21,322 nt of DNA from Verrucomicrobia bacterium UBA3869. Its GTDB lineage: Bacteria > Verrucomicrobiota > Verrucomicrobiia > Opitutales > UBA9783. Below are positions 1-7,950 of the stretch, one piece after another. Position numbers and translations under genes: made by a program. How positions within the stretch are numbered: the first letter of the stretch is position 1; every line of letters starts with the position of its first letter. The DNA lies in the NCBI GenBank assembly GCA_002392285.1, contig DGGR01000002.1:1-21322 (forward strand), written 5' to 3'. The notes below the pieces were generated by a model. It was given only the letters and a program-made list of their open reading frames with translations, was not told the DNA's origin and did not search any database.

Positions 1-249
1 ATTGTGCTCGGTTGTGCTGATTGGCTTAGCAACCAATACATCAATTATTTAAACAATGCTTTGTTTTTACAGCGCATTGGCCACTATTTTAGCGATACCC
101 CACCCCTATCGATTCCAGAAGAAAGCACAAATGAAATCAGTATTTCCCTCAATCCACAACTATTTCCTTATTACACCCTATATTATCTCATAGCACCTTT
201 AATAGCTTGCCTATTAGGGGTAACGATTTTCATAGTTAGGAAGCGATAA
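1..249 (+). CDS. 3' end of a membrane-anchored protein truncated by the window edge; possibly a GldG-like ABC-transporter auxiliary component
   Basis: The frame is open to position 1, so the track start at 4 is only an in-frame GTG. It ends at TAA 247-249, directly abutting ATG 250. The tail is a polar linker, one hydrophobic helix (YYLIAPLIACLLGVTIFIV) and then RKR. A C-terminal anchor followed by a DUF4340-like gene matches the usual GldG-type layout. The function is recalled from family architecture, not searched. Confidence 0.4.
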   Translation: MVLGCADWLSNQYINYLNNALFLQRIGHYFSDTPPLSIPEESTNEISISLNPQLFPYYTLYYLIAPLIACLLGVTIFIVRKR

Positions 250-1932
250 ATGCATTTTGGACTTACCTACCTTTTAGTGTTTTTAAACAGCTTATGGATC
301 GCAGTTGTACTGTATTTCCATTGGCATATGGAAACGACTGTTGCCGAAACGCACACAAAAGCATTTTTATTCAATGTGCACACCATTGAATTAACTAACG
401 CCGAACAAGGATCGAAAATTGTACTGCACAAAAGCCATTCTGGGTGGCAATTAACACAGCCCTTTACACACGAAGCAAACACTTTAACCGTCGATTTACT
501 GCTGAAAAAGCTCCTAACGGAAGTTAAACCGCAACAAGAAAACGTTACGCTGACGGTAGACCAAAAAATGCGTTATGGTCTTGAGCTTCCATCGTACACG
601 ATTCGATGCGCTGACGATCAGCAAACGTATACCCTGCAAATTGGCAATGATAACGAAAATGACCAACCGATTTACGCGAACGAATGGAATCGCTTAGCCT
701 CTGTTCCTCCATCCTTAATAACCCTGCTTAAGGGGTCCATAAAACAGTGGTGTACTCCCTTTTTAATTCCCCTATCGGATGTTACTCATCTCCAACTGGT
801 CACACCGCAATATACGCTTGTACTCAATAAGCAAAACCAACAATGGAGCTCATCGAGCTGTAACACCCCAATTGATTCCTTAGCTATACAAAAGCTATGC
901 CAATCCATCCTCGAATTGGAATTCGAGCGTTTTTTAACCACCAGTGAAATTCAAACCTACAATCCTGATTTTATCGAAAAATCCCGTTTATATACCCTTT
1001 CGCTTTCGGACGGAGTTACAACCTTCAAATTACAGTTGCTGCCCATTCAAGGCACAACCGATCAGTATATTGTAAAGCTATCGGATAATACACCGTTAAA
1101 GTGGATACAAACCCCATACATTGATGAATTGCTGCATGTGCAAGAACGGTATTTAGAACGTGCTTTTTGGCATACCGACCTATCGGATATCCATTCTTTC
1201 TCCTGCTCCTATCAAAATCGTACGCTTAAGGTTACCTCTATCAACGGTCAACAGTACGAAGCAGCGTTATACGATCAACAAAATCATTTGGTCGTTACCC
1301 AAGAATTCACCTCCACGGTAATTCAACCATTTTTCACCGAACTCAATACCGCTACGGTTGAACGCTATCTAACCGAACAACAAAGTTTTAGCGATAGTAA
1401 ATGCATAGCGTTAACCCTGAATCTCAACAATCGCACAGAGCAGTCAATCACCTTTTGGGTAACACCGAAGCAGGTATATGCTCAACGCGCACAGGATTCC
1501 TATAGCTGCGTCTTAAACGGAATAGACCCCAATAAATTATTAACCTTATTTACCTTAATAGATACAAACAAGTCGGTATGGGCATGGGATGCCCAAGAAC
1601 AGATCGTCAGCATCAACCTTTCATCAACCCTGCATCCTGAATTACAAACCGTTGATTGGGTCGATATTCCTCATTCCTTTTTCGCGACCCTACCAGCTGA
1701 TCATTGGGTGGAAGCCTCTTCTACTCAGATTTTCTTAAATAACTTAGTAATTTATACCCTTATTATTACCACACAAAATCCTCAAGGAATCCTGAAAACG
1801 TACGAACTGCAGTTTATTGATCCCGGTTCAAAAGATGAACCTCTCATAGGTCACTATTTGAACAAAAACTTTGTATTTAACAAAGATTGGCAGCGTTTCT
1901 TATCGAAGATTGTCCAAAAATCTAAGCAATAA
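250..1932 (+). CDS. DUF4340-like envelope protein with an N-terminal TM anchor
   Basis: 560-aa ORF whose ATG abuts the upstream stop codon. It has an N-terminal hydrophobic helix (LTYLLVFLNSLWIAVVLYF). The segment GWQLTQPFTHEANTLTVDLLLKKL...RYGLELPSYTI...YTLQIGNDNENDQPIY follows the W.L..P...A...V..LL..L...YGL..P......Y.L.IG pattern I associate with DUF4340. Similar modules recur downstream (YTLVLNKQNQQW, YTLSLSDG..FKLQLL). Confidence 0.5.
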   Translation: MHFGLTYLLVFLNSLWIAVVLYFHWHMETTVAETHTKAFLFNVHTIELTNAEQGSKIVLHKSHSGWQLTQPFTHEANTLTVDLLLKKLLTEVKPQQENVTLTVDQKMRYGLELPSYTIRCADDQQTYTLQIGNDNENDQPIYANEWNRLASVPPSLITLLKGSIKQWCTPFLIPLSDVTHLQLVTPQYTLVLNKQNQQWSSSSCNTPIDSLAIQKLCQSILELEFERFLTTSEIQTYNPDFIEKSRLYTLSLSDGVTTFKLQLLPIQGTTDQYIVKLSDNTPLKWIQTPYIDELLHVQERYLERAFWHTDLSDIHSFSCSYQNRTLKVTSINGQQYEAALYDQQNHLVVTQEFTSTVIQPFFTELNTATVERYLTEQQSFSDSKCIALTLNLNNRTEQSITFWVTPKQVYAQRAQDSYSCVLNGIDPNKLLTLFTLIDTNKSVWAWDAQEQIVSINLSSTLHPELQTVDWVDIPHSFFATLPADHWVEASSTQIFLNNLVIYTLIITTQNPQGILKTYELQFIDPGSKDEPLIGHYLNKNFVFNKDWQRFLSKIVQKSKQ

Positions 1933-1937
1933 GCGCT

Positions 1938-4385
1938 ATGAAACGATTTAGGGGCGTTCAAATCCTACTGTTGCTCATAGGAATAGGCTATTTGGGTCTG
2001 ATCACCCATTCCTCTAAACCGATTGTCGTTACCCCTATCGTGCAATACGGAGCCCATTTGCTTGGGATTAAGCTCAAAACAGCCAAAGTTACCCTAGTGA
2101 ATGGCCGATTGCACCTCATAAATCCCATTCTAAAAACCGAAGCTGGAATCTTTACCTGTCCCGACCTAGAAGTATCATTCCAATTACCCCTAACACTAAC
2201 GTTAGCAGTTCAAAACGGAACCTTCAAAAATGAACAGAAGGTTTATTCCAATATTTACGCATGCGTTCAAAAGAAACTTAAAAGTTATCGCGGCTCGCTA
2301 ATCGCCTCTCACCCTACTTATGGGGATATTTGCTTACACAGCGACCACTTTATCCCTATCCACCAGCTCCTTAAACAATCTCTCGCACAGGGTTCCGCTC
2401 CTATTACGGTTCGCGATTTGTACGTTCGTTGCTTCAAAACCCAAGCGTTTTATCACCTATCTCGCTTAACTATAGGTGCGGTAACCTGCGAAGAAATTTC
2501 AGGGCATACCAATTTTCGAAAACCTAAATCAGCTTGTACCCACCTGTACATTCAATCGCTAAAAACCCCTTATGGTTCTGGAACGCAACTGCATTTAGGA
2601 GGAACCCATACCCTATCGCTGAACCCCACTGCGCGCTCTATCCATGGACACGGTTGTTTAACGCTTGGCGACCAACCCACCGATGCCTATCTCTATCTAC
2701 CGTCCTACTCGCTCAAAAAACCACTGCAAGTGTATGCGTACCTTACCCATAACACTTCTTGGCTCAAAGGAAGCGTACAGTATACCATTCCCCAACACCA
2801 TTGGGCTATTAACGAAGTGCGGATGTCCATCGAACCGGATTATGGTCAGGCAATTTTAAAGGCTACCGATAAGGTTCCCATGCAGCCAAATATCACAGGG
2901 GTAACCCATGGAGTTGTTAAAGGGGACCCAAATCATGGCACGCTCAATTTAGTCAGTGGCCCATTAGAGCTGAATTGCGACCATGGCAATCCCATAGGTT
3001 TATCCACTATTCACGCTCACCTCAATCATACAACCCTAGCAAACAGCGAAACCCAACAACACTTCTCCATCGCATTTACAGGACCACAAATTGATTTCAA
3101 CGTAAATGGAGCATATCAGAATTGGAGCCAACAAGGGCATGTTATTTGCCAAGGTCGCAGCCCTATCGCCGTAACAGGCCTTATCGAAGCTTACTTGCCT
3201 GAATGGTGGGGGCCATTTTCCCGCCCCTTTACCTTTCCAAACTCCGCTCCTTACATCGATCTAGTGATCAAATGGTATCCCCATAACCCAGCGTTACAGA
3301 TCTATGGATATATCACCGGTAACGATTTTATCTACCAAGATGAATTGATTAAGCACCTAGGTATGACCTTTTCATCGCGGATGGAACAATGCATCCTGGC
3401 GATTCACTCCCTAGCGACCTATCAAGGAGCAGGAACATGCAAAATTATTTGGGATTACGACCCCCTATTGGATGTTAAGGATGTATGGACCTTTAGCGGC
3501 CGAGGAACGCTGGGTGCAAAAACATGGCAAACGCTTTTAGAGGATTTGGTAAAGATAAACGCAGGGAGTATTCTTAAGGAATGCCAACCGAAAGACGTTA
3601 TTCATGCGCAATTTCGAGGATGTGTATCCAATGTACCCGCCGAAACAGATTTTACGCACATCACCATTCAATCGCCAACATTAACATTCCAAGAGCTACC
3701 GATGGATGCATTCAAGAGCACTATACTCTGGCAGCCAAGCAAAACTCAAGTCAAACAGCTTGAATGCCTTTTGTTTGGAACCGATCCAGTAACAGCAACC
3801 TTTAGCTGGGATGAGCAACGTTTTACCTTAAAGCTAAGCGGGGAACATATTCACACAGAAGCTTTATTACGTCATCCTATTTTCCAAGATTGGGTCAAAG
3901 ATGTTCCTGAAAATAACCGTTATACCTACTATGGCGTTTTAAACACTACTATAAACGCACGCGGGCAATGGAATCCAATTCCTCAATTAACCGGCGAAGG
4001 AAGCATTGATTTCCGTAATCCCAATTTGTACCGCATCCACTTATTGGGGCCGATCTATAAATTATTATTTTTCGATCCGCTTAAATCGAGCACCACCCTT
4101 CAATTCAACCGCTTAATAGGTGATTTTTCGTTCACAGAAAAAAAACTTAGGTCGAATAAGCTAAGGTTAGTAGGCTCTTCGTCACAACTAATTACCAAAG
4201 GAGAAATCGATATTCACAACAAGCAGATTCAGGCTAGCGCCAACCTAATGTTCCCGCCATCCAAAAAGATATTGAGCCTCAAATCCCTTAAGTTTTTATT
4301 GAACCCTTTAACGCATAGTTTTACCATCAATGTGGTTGGGCCATTTAAAAATCCCAATTACCATTTGAGACTTTTATCTAAATAG
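1938..4385 (+). CDS. AsmA-family (AsmA/TamB-like) envelope protein
   Basis: 815-aa ORF starting 5 nt after the upstream stop. It has an N-terminal signal-anchor (VQILLLLIGIGYLGLI) followed by an AsmA-N-like segment (GIKLKTAKVTLVNGRLHLINPIL). The C-terminus (FNRLIGDFSFTEKKLRSNKLRLVGSSSQLITKGEIDIHNKQIQASANLMF...FTINVVGPFKNPNY) resembles the AsmA_2 C-terminal pattern ending in GtlxnPkv. The long middle looks beta-rich and low in charge. Confidence 0.5.
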   Translation: MKRFRGVQILLLLIGIGYLGLITHSSKPIVVTPIVQYGAHLLGIKLKTAKVTLVNGRLHLINPILKTEAGIFTCPDLEVSFQLPLTLTLAVQNGTFKNEQKVYSNIYACVQKKLKSYRGSLIASHPTYGDICLHSDHFIPIHQLLKQSLAQGSAPITVRDLYVRCFKTQAFYHLSRLTIGAVTCEEISGHTNFRKPKSACTHLYIQSLKTPYGSGTQLHLGGTHTLSLNPTARSIHGHGCLTLGDQPTDAYLYLPSYSLKKPLQVYAYLTHNTSWLKGSVQYTIPQHHWAINEVRMSIEPDYGQAILKATDKVPMQPNITGVTHGVVKGDPNHGTLNLVSGPLELNCDHGNPIGLSTIHAHLNHTTLANSETQQHFSIAFTGPQIDFNVNGAYQNWSQQGHVICQGRSPIAVTGLIEAYLPEWWGPFSRPFTFPNSAPYIDLVIKWYPHNPALQIYGYITGNDFIYQDELIKHLGMTFSSRMEQCILAIHSLATYQGAGTCKIIWDYDPLLDVKDVWTFSGRGTLGAKTWQTLLEDLVKINAGSILKECQPKDVIHAQFRGCVSNVPAETDFTHITIQSPTLTFQELPMDAFKSTILWQPSKTQVKQLECLLFGTDPVTATFSWDEQRFTLKLSGEHIHTEALLRHPIFQDWVKDVPENNRYTYYGVLNTTINARGQWNPIPQLTGEGSIDFRNPNLYRIHLLGPIYKLLFFDPLKSSTTLQFNRLIGDFSFTEKKLRSNKLRLVGSSSQLITKGEIDIHNKQIQASANLMFPPSKKILSLKSLKFLLNPLTHSFTINVVGPFKNPNYHLRLLSK

Positions 4386-4477
4386 CTGCGAGCATTTATC
4401 GTCTAACCCTTTGAACAACAAAAGTTTTATTTCCTCTTTACATCCATAAAAAAGTTTTTTAAGTTAATGAGAAAATT

Positions 4478-4672
4478 ATGTTAAAAACCAAAAAATCGAT
4501 CGCTAAAAAATTTAAAGTTACTGGGACCGGTAAGGTTTTATTACGTAAGCCAGGGTTTCGGCATTTTTTGAGCCACAAAACACCTTCTCAATCGCGCAGA
4601 GCCAGTAAAGATATTCACTTGGGCAATGCACGGCAAGCTAACGTGGTAAGAAAAGCCATGGCTCTGTTATAA
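4478..4672 (+). CDS. rpmI: 50S ribosomal protein L35 (bL35)
   Basis: 64 aa and very basic. It carries the [22 protein letters not shown] motif typical of L35 and lies directly upstream of rplT. Confidence 0.95.
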   Translation: MLKTKKSIAKKFKVTGTGKVLLRKPGFRHFLSHKTPSQSRRASKDIHLGNARQANVVRKAMALL

Positions 4673-4691
4673 AATATTTTAAAACAATTCG

Positions 4692-4719
4692 ACATAGGGT
4701 GTTTACGACGACCTTATGT
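4692..4719 (+). other. RNA hairpin in the rpmI-rplT spacer
   Basis: ACATAGGGT (4692-4700) pairs with ACCTTATGT (4711-4719). This gives 9 bp including one G-U pair, with a 10-nt loop. No U-tract follows, so it does not look like a terminator. Confidence 0.3.
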
Positions 4720-4741
4720 TGGTTAAAACAAGAGGAATGAT

Positions 4742-5122
4742 ATGGTAAGAGTTACAAATGGGGTTGCAACAAAGCAACGTCGTAAGCGGATGTTAAAACG
4801 AGCACGCGGTTACTTCGGTAACAAGTCGCGTCTGTTTAGGTATGCCAACGATGCAGTATGGCGCGCTGGAAATTTCGCATTCCGCGATCGTAGGAAGAAA
4901 AAATCAGAATTTCGCCAATTATGGATAGTCCGTATTAATGCGGCTTGTCGTGCATTGGGAATTTCCTACAGCCGCTTTATCAACGGATTAAAAGCCCTCA
5001 AAATTAATCTCGATCGTAAGCAATTAAGCGAATTTGCAATCCGCAATGAAGCAGGCTTTAAAACGCTCGTGGAACAAGTAAAGTCGCAATTCAAGACGGC
5101 TGATTCAAAATCATCCAAGTAA
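4742..5122 (+). CDS. rplT: 50S ribosomal protein L20 (bL20)
   Basis: 126 aa with canonical L20 motifs: KRARGYFGNKSRLFR, AFRDRRKKKSEFRQLWIVRINAACR and GISYSRFINGLK. AGAGGA lies 6-11 nt upstream of the ATG. Confidence 0.97.
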   Translation: MVRVTNGVATKQRRKRMLKRARGYFGNKSRLFRYANDAVWRAGNFAFRDRRKKKSEFRQLWIVRINAACRALGISYSRFINGLKALKINLDRKQLSEFAIRNEAGFKTLVEQVKSQFKTADSKSSK

Positions 5123-5148
5123 CGCCGTGCAATGGAAGCTTCTCTAAA

Positions 5149-6186
5149 ATGGATGTAGATTCATTAGAGCAGTTAAAAACGGAATCCCTACAGCGCATTC
5201 AACAATGCGCTGACCTAACGGAGCTTCAGTCGGTAAAAACGCAGTTTTTGGGCCCCAAAAGCACCTTAATTGAGCAACTAAAAACACTCAAATCACTAAC
5301 AGGGTCTGAAAAAAGTGAACGTGGGAAGCAACTCAATGCGATTAAAAATGCGCTGGAGGATGCACTTGCAGAGAAAACGTATGCGCTTCACAAGCAAGAG
5401 CGGTTAAAGCGACTAGGTACGCCGGTAGATCCTACCCTACCATCGCCCTACCCTACTGCAAAACCGCTTCATCCCCTCACTCAGGTTCGCTTACATATCT
5501 TATCCATTTTTAAACGCCTAGGTTATGTCGTTCAGGAAGGGAACGAAATTGAAACCGAATGGTACTGCTTCGATGCATTAAATGCTGCGCCGGATCATCC
5601 ATCTCGTTCGGAACAGGATACTTTTTTTCTCAATAATTTTTGTTGTGATACGACCTCAAAGAAGGGAAATGAGCCTTTTTTGTTGCGTACACAAACCTCA
5701 ACGGTTCAAATCCGAACGCTGTTAAAGCACCAACCACCTCTGAAAATTATTTCACCTGGTCGTGTGTTTCGCCGGGATACCGATGATGCCAAGCATCGCT
5801 TTAATTTTCATCAAATCGAAGGGCTTTGTGTCGATAAAACAACCTCGGTTGCTGATTTAAAAGGAACGCTCGATTACTTCATCAAAGAATTTTTTGGTAC
5901 CCACTTTAAAACGCGCTTACGTCCCAGCTTTTTCCCATTTACCGAGCCTAGCTTTGAAGTGGATATTTTTGCAGAAAATTTAGGTAAATTTCATAACACC
6001 TGGATTGAAGTATTAGGTTGCGGAATGGTAAACCCTAAGGTTTTAACCAACTGCGGGCTGTCGGCAGACGAATGGCAAGGATTTGCATTTGGGATTGGCA
6101 TAGAACGATTAGCTATGCTGCGTTTGGGTATTGATGATATCCGTGCGTTGTACCAAAACGATGAACGCTTTTTATCGCAGTTTTAA
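5149..6186 (+). CDS. pheS: Phenylalanine--tRNA ligase alpha subunit
   Basis: 345 aa with class II aaRS motifs: HPSRSEQDTFF, LLRTQTSTVQIR, GRVFRRD and GFAFGIGIERLAMLRLGIDDIRALYQNDERFLSQF. No pheT follows. Confidence 0.95.
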   Translation: MDVDSLEQLKTESLQRIQQCADLTELQSVKTQFLGPKSTLIEQLKTLKSLTGSEKSERGKQLNAIKNALEDALAEKTYALHKQERLKRLGTPVDPTLPSPYPTAKPLHPLTQVRLHILSIFKRLGYVVQEGNEIETEWYCFDALNAAPDHPSRSEQDTFFLNNFCCDTTSKKGNEPFLLRTQTSTVQIRTLLKHQPPLKIISPGRVFRRDTDDAKHRFNFHQIEGLCVDKTTSVADLKGTLDYFIKEFFGTHFKTRLRPSFFPFTEPSFEVDIFAENLGKFHNTWIEVLGCGMVNPKVLTNCGLSADEWQGFAFGIGIERLAMLRLGIDDIRALYQNDERFLSQF

Positions 6187-6210
6187 GGCTAATAAAAGCC
6201 CCTTGTTTTC
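6185..6210 (+). terminator. Weak terminator-like hairpin after pheS
   Basis: GGCT (6187-6190), loop aataaa, then AGCC (6197-6200), followed by CCTTGTTTTC. The stem is only 4 bp, or 6 bp if a 2-nt bulge is allowed. Confidence 0.2.
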
Positions 6211-6279
6211 ACAATAAGCTTAAAATTTTGCTGTGATTTTGGGCAATTTTTGCTTTTTATTTAATAAGGGCGTAGGTTT

Positions 6280-7287
6280 ATGAAGATTTTAGTTACAGGT
6301 GGTTCTGGTTTTTTAGGACGTTATCTGGTGGAAGCCTTATTAAAAGCCGGCCATACCTCCATTCGTATTTTTAACCGCTCCGGTTGTTCCTGTTTCCAAA
6401 CGCCTAATGTTGAGGTCGTACGTGGGGACTTAGCAAATTACGCAGCCGTCAATAACGCTTGTAAGGGTTGTGACGCCGTTTTCCATGTAGCAGCAAAAGC
6501 AGGAGTTTGGGGATCCTATCATTCTTATTACCGTCCTAATGTTATCGGTACCGAAAACGTTATCAAAGCCTGTAAGACCAACGGGGTTAAGTACTTAATC
6601 TATACCAGTTCCCCCAGCGTCGTTTACAAAGGGCAAGATTTAACCAATGCCGATGAGCGAACCAGCTATGGAACCCGCACGCACATGGGGCATTACGCCT
6701 ATACAAAAATGCTTGCGGAACAAAAGGTACTCGCTGCCAACGGAGAAGAACTAGCAACCATTGCATTACGTCCTCATTTAATCTTTGGTCCCGGAGATAA
6801 TCACCTGATACCTACCCTCTTGCAAGTAGCTAAAAAGCACAAATTACGTCAAGTGGGTGATGGCAATAATTGGGTTGATTTATCCTATGTCAGCGATGTA
6901 GCGCACGCTCATGTTTTAGCCCTACAAGCATTACAAACCAAAGCTTACTGTGTTGCAGGCAAAGCTTACTTTATTTCATCCGGCGACCCCGTAAAACTAT
7001 GGTCGTGGATCCAGCAATTGTTACAACGGCTCCAATTGCCGCCAGCACGTACCCCAGCTTTATCCCCAAAGATGGCTTATGTCTTAGGGGCTTGTTTGGA
7101 AGTTATTTATAAAGTGCTATGGATAAAAGCAATGCCGCCTATGACGCGCTTTGTAGCCAAAGAGCTTTCGCAAAATCATTATTTTGATATATCGGCGGCC
7201 AAAATGGATCTCCATTACATTCCTCAAGTATCCATTGAGGAAGGAACCGATCGCCTTATTGAGTGGCTTAAAACGCGGTGTAAATAA
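6280..7287 (+). CDS. Extended SDR, 3-beta-hydroxysteroid dehydrogenase/NAD-dependent epimerase-dehydratase family
   Basis: 335 aa. It has the Rossmann motif VTGGSGFLG at the N-terminus, YTSSPSVV, and a catalytic YxxxK (YAYTKMLAE). The overall layout is typical of 3-beta-HSD/NSDHL-like enzymes. The substrate is unknown. Confidence 0.85.
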   Translation: MKILVTGGSGFLGRYLVEALLKAGHTSIRIFNRSGCSCFQTPNVEVVRGDLANYAAVNNACKGCDAVFHVAAKAGVWGSYHSYYRPNVIGTENVIKACKTNGVKYLIYTSSPSVVYKGQDLTNADERTSYGTRTHMGHYAYTKMLAEQKVLAANGEELATIALRPHLIFGPGDNHLIPTLLQVAKKHKLRQVGDGNNWVDLSYVSDVAHAHVLALQALQTKAYCVAGKAYFISSGDPVKLWSWIQQLLQRLQLPPARTPALSPKMAYVLGACLEVIYKVLWIKAMPPMTRFVAKELSQNHYFDISAAKMDLHYIPQVSIEEGTDRLIEWLKTRCK

Positions 7288-7435
7288 CGCGTTAACACTA
7301 TTAAAACTTAACGTCAAAATAGGTTGGCCCCTGTTTGGGGAGGCCTAAAGATGGGGATAATTGGCGAATAAGTCTGATGCGATGACCGACTAATCCCAAC
7401 TGTTTTTGCACATCCTTTGCTGTATTCATAAAATA

Positions 7436-7915
7436 TCAACCAACTTCTTTGCTCGTATCTGAAGCTGTTTCAATAGCCACAATCCACTTATCTACGATTT
7501 CGACAAAATTGGATAATTCATCCTCAAAGGAGTTAAAATCCTGCAAAGGTAGCGTATAGGTTTTAACCAACATCAACGATTGCGATTGTTTATCCAATCC
7601 CAAGGTAGCTCCACCTGTTCCGTTCCAGAAAAAATTATCCTCTAGAGCCTGAGTATAAATTGCTTCGCGATTAGCCAATGGGACTTCACCAATATAAGCG
7701 TAAATAACCAACGTCCCCTTTTTATCATCAAAATCCAAATTGAGGATAATTTTATCGTCCAATAACAGCATGCAATGATTGTTCTCATCCAAGCACATAT
7801 CAGGCAACCCTTGGCCACCGCCAATGTGGCTTAACAAGGAATTTACGTTGTTTTTAAGTTCCTGCGATGCGACATTAGAATGCTGTTGACTCTTCTTTTT
7901 TGAACAACCACTCAT
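7436..7915 (-). CDS. Class I type III secretion chaperone, CesT/Tir-chaperone-like
   Basis: 159 aa and acidic. The pattern LDENNHCMLLLDDKIILNLDFDDKKGTLVIYAYIGEVP...REAIYTQALEDNFFWNGTGGATLGLDKQSQSLMLVKTYTL...FEDELSNFVEIVDKWI matches the CesT-family consensus as I recall it: 'de.g.c.l..d....i.le.d.....l.l.a.lg.lp......lL..N......g..lgld.....l.l......l....f...l..fv...e.W'. It has a polar 25-30 aa N-terminal extension. Confidence 0.55.
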   Translation of the reverse strand: MSGCSKKKSQQHSNVASQELKNNVNSLLSHIGGGQGLPDMCLDENNHCMLLLDDKIILNLDFDDKKGTLVIYAYIGEVPLANREAIYTQALEDNFFWNGTGGATLGLDKQSQSLMLVKTYTLPLQDFNSFEDELSNFVEIVDKWIVAIETASDTSKEVG

Positions 7916-7929
7916 TTTTTTAGTATAAA
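7900..7929 (+). promoter_or_regulatory. Candidate sigma70-type promoter reading toward aspS (TTGAAC-N18-TATAAA)
   Basis: TTGAAC lies at 7900-7905 and TATAAA at 7924-7929. Its -10 box overlaps the minus-strand -10 box. AT-rich sequence makes such matches easy to find by chance. Confidence 0.25.
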
Positions 7930-7950
7930 ATTTATCACTTGATAAATCAA
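7922..7950 (-). promoter_or_regulatory. Candidate sigma70-type promoter for the chaperone gene (TTGATT-N17-TATACT)
   Basis: Read on the minus strand, TTGATT lies at plus 7950-7945 and TATACT at plus 7927-7922, separated by a 17-nt spacer. Only AAAAAA separates the -10 box from the ATG at 7915-7913, which implies a leaderless or near-leaderless mRNA. Confidence 0.3.
7930..7947. repeat. Perfect 8-2-8 inverted repeat ATTTATCA-ct-TGATAAAT; possible operator
   Basis: Read directly from the sequence at 7930-7947. It lies in the 130-nt divergent region between the chaperone gene and aspS, inside the spacer of the minus-strand promoter candidate. Confidence 0.5.

Noticed and set aside
5620-5690. Insertion in PheS relative to E. 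coli (FLNNFCCDTTSKKGNEPF) coinciding with T-rich runs, raising the question of a frameshift or pseudogene
   Set aside because: The frame is continuous and the flanking motifs (HPSRSEQDTF, LLRTQTS) are intact. This loop is length-variable among PheRS alpha subunits.
7288-7435. Possible small RNA or bidirectional terminator in the 148-nt convergent spacer (GGCCCC-tgttt-GGGGAGGCC at 7326-7345)
   Set aside because: The pairing is imperfect (CCCC/GGGG plus an offset GGCC). There is no flanking U-tract on either strand, and no promoter-like boxes. The evidence is insufficient for a call.
7904-7915. Possible lipoprotein lipobox in the chaperone N-terminus (MSGC)
   Set aside because: No hydrophobic signal peptide precedes the Cys, which is residue 4. 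The rest of the protein looks like a cytosolic chaperone.
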